From contig NC_086097.1 in NCBI RefSeq assembly GCF_963921235.1, positions 174,904,001 to 174,968,000 on the forward strand: a stretch of 64,000 bases of DNA. The letters run 5' to 3'. Below, in pieces: positions 1-11,474 of this stretch. The first letter of the stretch is position 1; each line of letters begins with the position of its first letter. Under the pieces are notes generated by a model. The model worked only from the letters and a program-made list of their open reading frames with translations. It ran no database searches and was not told the origin of the DNA. The stretch comes from Mobula hypostoma (Eukaryota). Made by a program: the position numbers and the translations under genes.

Positions 1-339
1 GTCTAACTGCCTCTTAAGTGTATCTCCCTCCTTTATCAGTTAAACCTCCTGCCTGTGGAGATGCTTTATTTCTTTATTACCCTCGATATCTCTCTCAGAG
101 CATCCCAAAAGAGCCAGTGAGGTCCATTGAAGTGGGAAATATAGGCCAATATGAAGAGCAAATTAAAATTCATTGTCATGGGCAAATATACCCTGCATAC
201 AAATGCCATGAAAATTAGCTTTTTACAGCCGCAGCAGCACTGTGCATTACAAGATGAGGACAAGGATATCTTAAATTTAAATTAACATAAATTATATATA
301 AATTACAGACGTGCAAATTAGTAACAACGCTGGTGCAGG

Positions 340-650
340 AATTTCTCTCTGCTGGTGTGGTACTGTGACACCACAAAGCACTGCTGCATCGCAGCTCGGG
401 CTGTGACCCTGATCTCGGCTGCTGTCTGTGAAGAGTTTGTGCATTATCCCTGTGACCCCGTGGGTTTCCCCAGGCGCTACTGTTCTTCCCACAACCCCAA
501 GGTGTGCCGATAGGTTAACTAACTGCTGTAAGTTGTCCCAGGTGTAGGCCAAGGGCAAGGAGAATCAAAGGGGGAGTTAATGAGCATGTCAGATAAAATA
601 ATGTGCAGGGGAGGACGAGGAATATTGAGAACTCGGGGCTGAATGGTCTC
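340..650 (+). mobile_element. V-SINE (HE1-like) copy, degenerate
   Basis: Core similar to the V-domain consensus gtttgcatgttctccc..gtgggtttcctccgggtgctccggtttcctcccaca (here gagtttgtgcattatccctgtgaccccgtgggtttccccaggcgctactgttcttcccaca). Confidence 0.65.
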
Positions 651-1800
651 CTTTTTGTAATAATAAGTAAGCAAGCTGGTCCCTATAAGTTAGTGCATCC
701 TGGAATATCAGCTGCTGTTTATACTGATCTTATCCCACTGGCGTCTGTACCACTGTGCTAAACACAGGCAAATGGGATTGGCATGGATAGGCACCATGGA
801 CAAATTGGACCGAAGGGCCTGTTTACATATTGTATAACGCTATGGCTAAATCAAAGCCTCGAGGCTAACAATCAAAAGATCAAATCCTGCCACAGCTTCG
901 GTAAATTTGGATTTAAATACTTCATCTCAGTAGTAGTGACAATGTAGTAGTAACTAGATTGTCTTGTCATAAAACCCAGAAGCATCTTCCACATCTGCAA
1001 GTCCAGCTTTGTTAACTTGGTGTGGTCTACATCTGACTCCAAGGTGTTTGATTCTTAACTGTCTCAGCCTGCAGTTTGACTCAGTTAAAGTGAAATTAGG
1101 GGTGCTAACAGGGCCAGAGGAGTCTGCATGAACAGATTTTTTAAAGGAGTGCGAAGAAGTATAGTCAGCTCAAACATGCTTTTACTGCTGGTGCTCAGAG
1201 GTAAATTTCAGTGAGGGCAGTTTCAGTGGTTGAGAAGGGAAGCCTCAAGCATGGCAAAATCTGCCTTTAGCTGTAAGTGAATAAATACTTCAGAATAAAC
1301 AAGTTAACAGATACATTAATCAAGGTGCTAGTTTTGATAATGTTTCGAGCGAGTATTAACGAATGTAGTGGAAAGGGATATTCTTGTTGAACCATGGGTC
1401 TGCTGGAACTGGTGGATTACTCTCCAAGAACTCGTAACTGGCAATTATTTTATTATTGCCACATGTACGAAGTACAGTGAAGATTTTCAGCCTAATTTCT
1501 AACAGCCTGAAGTGCAAATATACTATTTGCTGTGTTAATTGCTTTATTGCATCTGTACATTCACATTAATTGGCTTATTAAAGTTACATATGTTGAGATA
1601 CAGTGAAAAGCTTTGTTTGCATGCTATCAGATAGGTTAGTAGTACAAAAGGAAAAGCAGTAACGGAATGCAGAACAGATATCCAGAGTTCTTCTTTATCC
1701 TTCAAAACGGCCATTCAAGAGTCAAATAACTGCAGGAATGAAACTGTTTTTGATGTGTAAGAATATGTTTAGAGATTTTTAAAAATCTGTTTAATTGTAG

Positions 1801-1864
1801 GAGTGATATTTTATCAGGAGTTCTATGGTGCTGCTTTACTCAATATCTTCATGTTCCTGTTTGG
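1801..1864 (+). CDS. NIPAL2: NIPA-like domain-containing protein 2 (putative Mg2+ transporter), internal coding exon
   Basis: Acceptor ttgtAG ends at 1800 and donor GTaagt starts at 1865. Translates (G)VIFYQEFYGAALLNIFMFLF(G), matching the recalled vertebrate NIPAL2 segment GIIFYQEF...F.FG. The phase-2 end joins the next exon. Confidence 0.9.
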
Positions 1865-1989
1865 GTAAGTGATGAAGCCAACCAAATGCCTCACTTCTCC
1901 AGTGTGAATTGGGATTTGTGCTGGGGCATAGTTTATGGGTGACTTACCCGCCCCCCCCTGCCCCCGTATCATGGAGGGGTTGTGTTCCC

Positions 1990-2415
1990 ATCTAACACAA
2001 ATAGAGTAAGGTTGGGATTGCTGGGATATTTTCCTTGGAGTGTAGGGGACTGAGGAATGACCTTATAGAGGTGTATAAAATTATGAGGGCATAAGACAGA
2101 GTGAATGCACAGAAGGTTTGAAGAATCAAGAGCTGGACTGCACACGATTAAAGTGAGAGGGGAGAGGTGTCATAGGAAGCGGAGTGGCAACATTATTTGC
2201 ACAGAGGGGCAACTTTATTTGCACGGAGAGCCATGGGTTTATGGAATGAGCCGCCAGAGGAAGTATTTGAGGCCGGTACAATAACAATATTTAAAAGACA
2301 AGTGCATGGATGAGGAAAGTTTAGAGGGATATAGGCCAAAAGTGGGCACATTAGATTAGCTTGCACGGGTATCTTCATCCACTTGGGTTGAAGAGTCTGT
2401 TTCTGTGCTATATAA
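1990..2415 (+). mobile_element. CR1-clade LINE 3' fragment
   Basis: Decayed ORF2 C-terminus (GLFSLE.R.LR.DLIEVYKI..W N.LP) followed by a CR1-type 3' UTR ending ctgtttctgtgcta. Confidence 0.75.
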
Positions 2416-2779
2416 TATTTGTAACAAATCCACGTTATCTGCGTGTACATCGAGAAAAGAGAGCTGAAAATAATTTTTTTTTAAAATCCATTGAAGTAAA
2501 TTGTTCTGCTGTGTCTCAGATAATTTGTGATCTCCATAAAGCAAGTTTCCATTCCCCGAGCTTCTGTAACACCAAGGTTGCCTGTAACATGGCTTATTAT
2601 ATCAGAGTGTGGGTTTTGTGAAGTGGCTTTCTGTTGAGTACATTCTCAGAGTGTGACTGCATCTGTGAACAGCTTTTGCAAGCTAGAACCATTGGAGAAT
2701 TGTGTGAGAAGTCAGGATCCAGATGGAGTGCATGTTTTGTCTTCACAGGTGCTGTAGTATCTTGTTTGAATATTTCTAG

Positions 2780-2874
2780 GTGTATGCTGTCATTCCTCGG
2801 TGTTTTCCTGATCGCCAAGAACAGGGAGAAGCGGACAGCTGACATCCGATATATTGATTTGGGCACCATTCCAA
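2780..2874 (+). CDS. NIPAL2: NIPAL2 penultimate coding exon (last TM helix and start of cytosolic tail)
   Basis: Acceptor ttctAG ends at 2779 and donor GTatga starts at 2875. Translates (G)CMLSFLGVFLIAKNREKRTADIRYIDLGTIP, similar to recalled NIPAL2 GCFLSFLGVFLVTRNREK...YIDFGNIP. Length 95 nt (1+93+1) keeps frame. Confidence 0.92.
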
Positions 2875-3514
2875 GTATGAATCTTTTATTATGTTCATCA
2901 ATTTTCGTTATTTTATAAAATATTGTTGGAGAAGTAAAACAAAATCTGGCAGCAATTAGGTCCGCAAAGCCTTATAGGACCTAGAAACATGGAGAAGTGT
3001 CAAATAAAACTAGACTTTGGTGACCTTTGTTTAGCTTGGAGAGTTGGCAAAAGTGGCAGGGGTAAAGTTGACGAAGAGTGCAATTCTTTCTGGACTGTGA
3101 CGAAGCAGACTGCCAATTTCACAGTAAGATCTTGCAAAGGTGGGGATGCAAAGAATGAGTTAATGGTTGGTGACATCTTCACTGCTCCCACTCCACGTGT
3201 AGAATGTGACTTTGGAGATCTGCTGTCAAGCCTGTTTTTAGTGAACAAACTAAGGGTTCCTTTAATAAAATATAAATATTGACCAGTTATCCTGTTTTCC
3301 TATAACATAATTCTGTCAGCCTATAAGTTTACAACCTCATTGCTATAAATCCTTTTATCAATAGCATTTAAAACTCAGAACACCAAACAGAACATTACAG
3401 CACAGTATTGGCATTTCAGCCCATGATGTTATGCCAACCTTTTAACCTACTCAAACTAACTCTTTCCGTGTACATAACCCTTCATTTTTCTGTCATCCAT
3501 GTGCCAACCCAAGA

Positions 3515-3775
3515 GTTCTTCACTGCTACCATCAGGGAGGAAGTACCGGAGCCTGAAGACCCACATTCAGTGTTTTAGGAACAGTTTCCTCTCCTCTGCC
3601 ATCAGATTCCTGAATGGTCAATGAACCGTGAACACGATCTCACTATTCCTCCTTTGTACTAGGTATTTTAATTGTAACTTACAGTAATGTTTTTATTTAT
3701 ATATTGCTGTGTTGCTGCCACAAAACAACAAACTTCATGACATATGTCAGTGATAATAAACCTGAGTCTGATTTC
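3515..3775 (+). mobile_element. Rex1/Babar-like LINE 3' fragment
   Basis: Encodes LLPSGRKYRSLKT...FRNSF..SAIRFLN and ends gataataaacctgagtctgatt. Confidence 0.7.
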
Positions 3776-4829
3776 AATCTTATCCTGAGACTGTAACCCC
3801 TTATTTCTAAACTCCTCAGCCAGGGAAAGACAGAATCTCATTTGTTGACCTTTCTGAGGTCATGCTTCTAAATTGTACAGATTGGGGACTTATCTCCTGT
3901 ATCATCCCTGCCTCAGCCTTCACACCCCCCTTTCCACACCGTACTCCATCTACCTCTCGTTTATTCCCCCTCTCTCTGTCTGCCTCCATCTCTCATTAAC
4001 CTGACTCTGCCTCCCCTCTCCATCTCTGCTCTCCTCCACTACCTGAAGCCCTTCTCAATCCACCAATCTCTTGAGACTCCTGTTTCACCTATTCCCTTCT
4101 TTTCCTTATACCATTCTTCTCAACTCCCCACTCTCAGTCCCGATGCTGGGTTTTGACCCAAGACATTGACAGTTCCTTTCCTCCTGATTCTTTCTTCGCA
4201 AATGCTGCCATTTCTGATGAGTGTTTCCGACACTAGAATTTTACGTAGATTTACATTGCCAGGTTGTTTGCTGCTGATGAATTCTTGGTGCACTCTACCT
4301 GTGATAAAAAAATATTTAATAATTAGGTAAACATATCAAAGTTATACACAATGATCTGCGCACGTGTTCTCTCCATGGCTCTGTGTGTCTGTAATAGGGA
4401 TCATGAAGCCAGTACAGGAGATGAACATGACATGTAGCCTATCCCCAAATGGTGATGAGTCTCTGAACTATTGAGCATTTCTTTCTTCAGTCTTTTATGG
4501 GGATCAATTACTGTGAGGAAGAGTCTTCATATTCTACTTGGCAAAGGCCACAGAATCGCAGGAGGGGGAAAAAAAATCTACCTGTAGTACAAGTGCTGAT
4601 TACCAAGCACTTCAGGTCACAGATATTCAAAAATAAAACTCCGCAGATGCAGGATATCTGAAATAAAATTGCTCCTTTACAGGAAGCATGTTGGAGGCTT
4701 TGGAGAGGTTCCAGATTAGGTTTGCCAGGAAACTGCGTGGATAAGAGGAAAGGATGGACAAATGTGTGTTGTTTTCTCTGTGTCAGAGGCTGAGGGGTGA
4801 TCTGACAGAAGCTTATACAGAGGAGGAGA

Positions 4830-5775
4830 ATGGACAAACAAATGGCAGAAGGAATACAGTGTCAGGAAGTGTATGATCGTGCACTTTGGTAGAAGAAGTG
4901 AAAGAGTTGACTATGTTCTAAATGGAGAGAAAATACGAAAAACTGAGGTTCTTTACAGGATTCCCTAAGGTTAATTTGCAGGTTTTCAATGAGGTCACCC
5001 TCATTCTTCTGAATTCCAGTGAATACAGGCCCAGAGCCATCACATGCTCTTCATATGACAAGCCATTCAATCCTGGTATCATTTTCCTGAACCTGCTTTG
5101 AACTCTCTCCAGAGGAAGTGTGAGGAAGCCAAATGCGATGTCAGCATTCATTTCAAGAGGACTACAGTATAAAAGCATGGATGTAATGTTGAGAATTTAT
5201 AAAGCCTTGGTGAGAGCTCACTTGGGGTATTGTGAGCAGTTTCAGGGCCCTTATCTTAGAAAGAATATGCAATAATTGGAGAGAGTTCAAAGCAGGTTCA
5301 GGAAAATGATACCAGGATTGAATGGCTTGTCATATGAAGAGCATGTGATGGCTCTGGGCCTGTATTCACTGGAATTCAGAAGAATGAGGGTGACCTCATT
5401 GAAAACCATCAAGTGGTGAAAGGCCTTGATAGAGTGGATGTGGAGAGGATGTTTCCTAGGGTGGAAGAGTCTAAGACCAGAGGACACAGCCTCAGAACAG
5501 AGGGGTGTCCTTTTAGATTGGAGATGATGAAGCATTTCTTTAGCCAGAGAGTGGTGAATCTGTGGAATTCTTTGTCACAGGCAGCTGTGGAGGCCAAGAC
5601 TTCATGTATATTTAAGCTGAAGGTTGATGGATTCTTGATTGGTCAGGCATGAAGGGATACGGGGAGAAGGTAGGAGAATGGGGCTGAGAGGGACATTGGA
5701 TCAATCATGATGAAATGGCAGAGCAGACTCAATGGGCCAAATGGCCTAATTCTGCTCCTATATCTTATGGTCTTG
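4830..5775 (+). mobile_element. CR1 LINE 3' portion containing an internal inverted duplication
   Basis: ORF2 remnants (YKALVR.HL.YC.QF; KGLDRVDVERMFP..ESKTRGHSLR...NLWNSL) and tail ctatatcttatggtctt. Confidence 0.88.
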
Positions 5776-5848
5776 TATCAGACTGCTGGAAAATTATGCT
5801 GGAGAGGTAGCAATTGGGGACAAGGCAGACAAACTGAATAAGTATTTT

Positions 5849-7724
5849 AGACCATAAGACATGAGAGCAGAATTAGGCCTTTGGGCCCATCGAATCTGCT
5901 TTGCCATTCAATCATGGCTGATCCTTTTTTCCCCTCCTCTGGTCCACTGTCTGGCTTTCTCCCCATAACCTTTGATGTCGTGGGTAATCAAAAACCTATC
6001 AATCTCTGCCTTAAATACACCCAATGACATGGCCTCCACAGCTGCCTGTGGTAAATTCCACAAACTCACCACCCAATTTGTGGAAATTGCACAAAATTCA
6101 CCACCAAAAAATTGCCCTGCGTGGTTTAAGTGGCCGTCCCTTTATCCTGAGGCTGTACTCGCTTGTTCTAGACTCCCGCACCATGGGAAACATCCTTTCC
6201 ACATCCATTCTATCACATCAGTAGGCCACAACATCATACCAGACAATCTGTAATAGTGCAGCAAGGTCATCCATCTTATTTTTATACTCTGTGCATTGAG
6301 ATATAACACCTTGAGTACAGTATTTGCTACCCTTTTTGATTCTGCATCCCTAATGCACTGATACTTACCCTGCTGGCTGCAATTTTGCCCTATCATCTGC
6401 CTACCCTTCCTGACAGTCTGATGGCATGCTATCTTTGCTTTTTAGCCATCTGTCCTATCCTGAGTCCCTTCACTCTGGTTCACATCCCCCTGCTAAATTA
6501 GTTTAAACCCTCCCTAACAACTCTAACAAACCTGCCTGCGAGAATATCGGTCCCCCTTAGGGTCAGGTGCAACACATCCTTTGTACAGATCATACCAACC
6601 CCAGAAGAGCTCCCAACCAGAAACCCCTGCTCCCTGCACCAGCTCCTCAGCCACACATTAATCTGCCAAATCATCCTGTTTCTACCCTTCTGGAAAGGAA
6701 AGGCTTATCCTGAGAACAGATGTGGCAGAGACAGAGGAACTGAGAAACGAAATGGCTTTTTTTTTCAAGTGACCGGGTAGGAAGAAAAAGTAGGAAGGAA
6801 GAGTCATTGGGCCTGGTTTGTTCTACACTGGCATGTTAAAGAACTGTTTCTGAATTGAAATTTCAGCTTATGGCTGGATTGGTTTATTTGGCCTTCCTTG
6901 ATCCTGCCTGGAAGTTCTTGAATCTAAAATTGGATGATGCCTGTTTTATTTTTCAAGATGCAGCACAGTAACTGAGCCTACCAACTCAACACAACAAGCC
7001 TGCATTGCACAATTACACCCATTTAACCAATTAACCTAATAACCAGTACGTCTTTGGAAAATGGGATAAAATCCATGTAATCACAGGGAGAATGTATAAA
7101 CTCCTTACAGCGGTGGAATTGAATCTGGTTTGCTGGTGCCATTGTAGTGTAATGCTAACTAGTACTCTACCAGGGGCCTTTGTTGGCTCCCTATTAAAAT
7201 ATACTTGCAGAAATGCCCAGAAAAGCTATTTTAGAATGAAGCTGAGTGATTCTGTGCTTGGATGTTAAAAAAAATAGTTTTCCCTTCTTTCACTGAATGG
7301 TGTCATTTGCAGAGAAAGGAGCAAGTTAAGATCGAAAGTCTTGGAATGGTACAGCATAAAACAGCCTCTTCAACACAATATGCCTGTTTACATTGTGCCT
7401 ATGTATACTAATCCCATATAACCACAAGAGGTCTATAGTCTTTTGTGATCAACAATGCAAGTACTTGTCTAGATGTTTCTTAAATACTTGGTGTGTTTGC
7501 CTCCACCACCTCTACAGGCAACATATTCTAAACTCCAGCCACCCTCTGCTGAGGAGAAATATTCATCTTCATCTACCCTCATGTGGTAACCCTTTCATTC
7601 ATTTACCCTTTCTGATTTTACATCCCTCTTGCACTGATAGTCACCCTGCTGGCTGCAAGTTTGTCCTATCATCTGCCTGCCCTTCCTGACAGTTGATTGC
7701 ACGCAGTCTTTGCTATTTTTTGAT
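5849..7724 (-). mobile_element. Rearranged minus-strand CR1 pieces (3' end plus endonuclease start), with a V-SINE and other inserts, interrupting a plus-strand CR1
   Basis: Reverse-strand CR1 tail at 5850-6210 is joined to the endonuclease N-terminus LKVLYLNAQSIK (ORF 6142-6396). A segment at ~6335-6445 is repeated at ~7600-7720. V-SINE-like sequence at ~7020-7170. Confidence 0.7.
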
Positions 7725-9363
7725 TTTTGCATCAGTCTTCACTGTGGTAGGCACTAACAATATGCCTGAAGTTGAAGAATATCCGTGGGAAAAAGTGAAT
7801 AAAGTTGCCATTACCAGGGAGAAAGTGCTTGGGAAACTGAAAGGTTTGAAGGTAGAAAAATCAGTTGACCAGATGGTTTGCACCCCAGGGTTCTGAAGGA
7901 GGTGGCTGAACATGTCTTGGAGGCATTAGTAATGGTCTTTCAAGAATCAATAGATTCTGGCATAGTTGCAGAGGACTGAAAAATTGCAACTGTCACTTCA
8001 CTCGTCAAGAAGGAAGAGAGAAGAAAGAAAATTACAGGCTAGTTAGTTTGACCTCAGTGGCTGGGAAATTTTTGGAGTTGATTGTTAAGGATGTGGTTTG
8101 GGGTACTTGGAGATACATGATAAAATAGGCTGAAGTCAGCATGGTTTCCTTAAGGGAAAATTTTGCCTGTTGGAATTCTTCGAAGAAATAGCAAACAGGA
8201 TTCGCAAAGGAGAATCAATGGATGTTGTGTACTTGGATTTCCAGAAGGCCTTTGACAAGGTGCCGCACACGAGGCTGCTTAACAGGTTAGGAGCCGATGG
8301 TATTACAAGAAAGATACTAGCATGGATAGAGTGTTGGCTAATGGTCAGGAAGCAAAGATTGGGAATAAATGGATTATTTTCTGGTTGGCTGCCAGTGACT
8401 AGTGGTGTTCTGCAGTGGTCTGTGTTTGGACTGCTTTTTAAGTGACATGGCAATGACTTGGATGACAGAATTGATGGCTTTGTGGCCAAGTTTGCGGACT
8501 GTACAAAGATAGGTGGAGTGGCAAATAGTGTTGAAGAAAGAGGGAGGCTGCAGAAAGACAAACAGATCAGGAGAATGGGCAAAGAAGTGACAGATGGAAT
8601 ACAGTGTCGAGAAGTGTATGATCATGCACGTTGGTAGAAGAAATAAAAGTGTAGACTAATTTCTAAATAGAGAGAAAATTCTAAAAATCTGGGAGTCATC
8701 ATGCAGGATTCTCTAGAGATTAACTTGCTGGTTGAGTCAGTGGTGAGCATGACAAATACAATATAAGCATTTATTTCAAAAGGATTAGAATATAAAAGCA
8801 AAGATGTAATGCTGAGGATTTATAAGGCACTAGCAAGGCCTCACCCTTGGAATAATGTGAGCAGTTCTGGGCCTTAATTAAGAAAGGATTTGCTGACTTT
8901 GGAGAGGGTTCAGAGGAGGTTCAAGAGAATGATTCTGGGAATGAAAAGGTTACCATATGAGGTCTGACTGATGGCTCTAAACCTATACTCACTGGAATTA
9001 AGAAGAATGAGGGGAGACCTCATTGAAACCTATCGAATGTTAAAAGGCCTTGATAGAGTGGATGTGGAGAGGATGTTTCCTATGGTGGGAGAGTCTAAGA
9101 CCAGAGGACACAACCTCAGGGTAGAAGGGCATCCATTTAAAGTGGCAATGAGGAGGAATTTCTTTAGCCAGTGAGTGGAGAATCTCTGGAATTCGTTGCC
9201 ACAGGCCAAGTGGAGGCCAAGTCATTGGGTACATTTTAAGGCAGAGTTAGGTCAGGGCATGTAGAGTTACGGAGAAAAGACAGGAGATTGGAGCTTAGAG
9301 GGAAATGGATCAGACTCGATGGGCCAAATGACTTAATTCTGCTTCTATACCTTATGGTCTTAT
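7725..9363 (+). mobile_element. CR1 LINE ORF2 (reverse transcriptase) pseudogenised copy with 3' end
   Basis: FASVFT, YLDFQKAFDKVPH, SGVLQWSVFG (QGSVLG-like) and FADCTK (YADD-like) motifs with frameshifts. Tail cttatggtcttat. Confidence 0.92.
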
Positions 9364-9567
9364 GAAGAAGAAGAAGAAAGCCCTTAACTCCGAGTGGAGT
9401 CATCAGGACGCCATCATGACGGCGTTTTTTAAGTAGGCTTTCTTATTTTTACGAGCTCGACGCTTGACCCAGCACGGATGGAAAGCGTGCAAGGGAGCCG
9501 GCTGGATTCGAACTCGGGAGCCTTCGCTCTGATGTCCGGCACTGATGCCACTACGCCGCCAGCTGGC
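9364..9567 (-). mobile_element. Young tRNA-derived SINE with (CTT)n tail
   Basis: Minus strand carries A-box-like CGGCGTAGTGG (9558-9548) and B-box GAGTTCGAATCC (9515-9504). CpG-rich. Flanked on both sides by TGGTCTTAT. Confidence 0.8.
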
Positions 9568-11474
9568 TTTGTGGTCTTATAGTCTTACGCATTTAGGGTC
9601 AGAGGAAGAAAGGTTTAAGGAGATGTGTGGTAAAAGTTTTTTTTCGCAAAAATGTGCTGGGTGCTTGGAACATGCCATTAGGGGTGGTGCTGGAAGCGGA
9701 TATAGTGACACTTGAAAGGCTTTTTGGCAGGCATATGGATAAACGGAATGGAGGCATACGATCAAGTCAAGGCAGAAGACAATTAGTTTAATTTGGCATC
9801 ATGTTCAGCGTAGCCATCGTGGTAAGAATGTTATACTGTTCTATGTTCTAAGAAGTGCTGGAATCTCTCAGCAGATAAAAACCATCTGTGGAGAGAGAAA
9901 TAGGATTACCATTTCAGGGTGCTGACCTTTCATCAAGAAGGAGTCCACAGATGGAATGTGATGGGCTGAGCTGTGTCCACAACTCTGCTGTTTCTTGTGG
10001 TCACGTGCAGAGCAGATATCACGCCAAGCAGTGATACATCCAGACAGAACGCTTTCTACGGTGCTTTGATAAAAATTGGTGAGAGAATTGGGACATGCCA
10101 AATTTCTTTGGCCTTCTGAGGAAGTAGAGATGTTGGTGAGTTTTCTTAGCCATGGCTTCAACAGGTGACTCAATGTTTCAATTTAGCTTCTAACATACTT
10201 GGGTCAAAAGAAAGTTTTGTTTATAATATAATGGAGATTATTAGTGATTAATGTTGTGTTACCATTCCATTCTCTGTTTCAAGGGTGTCTTGGTCTTGTT
10301 AATGGATGACAGTGCTAACAATGTCACTGTCCTAAGAAGGGAAAACAAAGCCAGTCTCCATTTACTGCTGATCCCGAGAATCAGCGACACCTCCCTCCCC
10401 AAACCTCCCTGCAGCTTTCCTTTGTCTCTGTCCCAGTTCTGAACCCGAAACATTGGCTCTGTTTCCCCTCCCACAGATGGGTATTTGGTAATGCGAATTG
10501 CCCCTATTGTCGGAGGGTAGTGATGTGAAATGGTATTGTGAAAGAGAATAGGTTAATAACAGCTGGGAATCAAAATAATAACGTAACAGATGAGATCAAA
10601 AATGAGAGAGCATACGTTTAAGGTGAGAGGGGCAAGGTTTAAAGGGGACCTGAGAGGGAATATTTTTACAGAGAAACTGGTGGTTAGGTGCAAGAAGCTG
10701 CCAGGGGAAGTGATAGAAGAAGATACATCAACAACATTTAAAAGACACGTGGGCAGATACACAGATAGGAAAAGCTTAGGTGGATAGGGGCCAAAAGTGG
10801 GCAAACAGGACAACTGGGCCTTCATCCATGCCTTAATAAAAATACGAAAGATGAGCCAGAAAGCTCTGGAATGGAACCGTTCAGTACAGTACAGTCTCTT
10901 TGGTTCACAATGTTGTGCCAACCTGTCTAAACCTACTCCACAATCAATCTGACCCCTCCCTCCTACATAGTCCATAACCCTCCATATTTCCTAATCCATT
11001 TGCCTATCTAAAAGTCTCTTAAATGTCCCTTTTGTGCCAGTCTCTTCCACCATCCCCAGCAGTGTGTTCCAGGCACATGCCACTCCTTGTCATCTCCCCC
11101 AAGCTTTTCTCAACTCACCTTAAAAGGAAGGCCACTGGTACTGGCCGTTGCCATCCTGGAAAAAGGGCAATTACTGTCCAATATCATTCTATCCTAAAGG
11201 AAGAAAACGAACTTCCTTACGGAATAGAAAGCCACTCCACGTACTTAACTGGGCATTAATGAGTTCATTTCCTGTCAATTTCGACACTAAACACGATTAA
11301 TGTCTTGTCGTTCAGCGGAGTCCAGTCTTGTACATATGTTGCTGTGTGAAGGGAAATTGGCACTGAGTGGGTAATTATATTTAATCAAACTGGTGCTTTT
11401 GCAGGAGTACTTGAAGTGATAGATTGCTCCGTATATACGTCCCTTATCCTCTTTACTCTCTTCACCACCAATGC

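Noticed and set aside
9490..9567. Functional tRNA gene
   Set aside because: It has A/B boxes but continues into a SINE body with a (CTT)n tail and flanking duplication. I could not build a convincing full cloverleaf.
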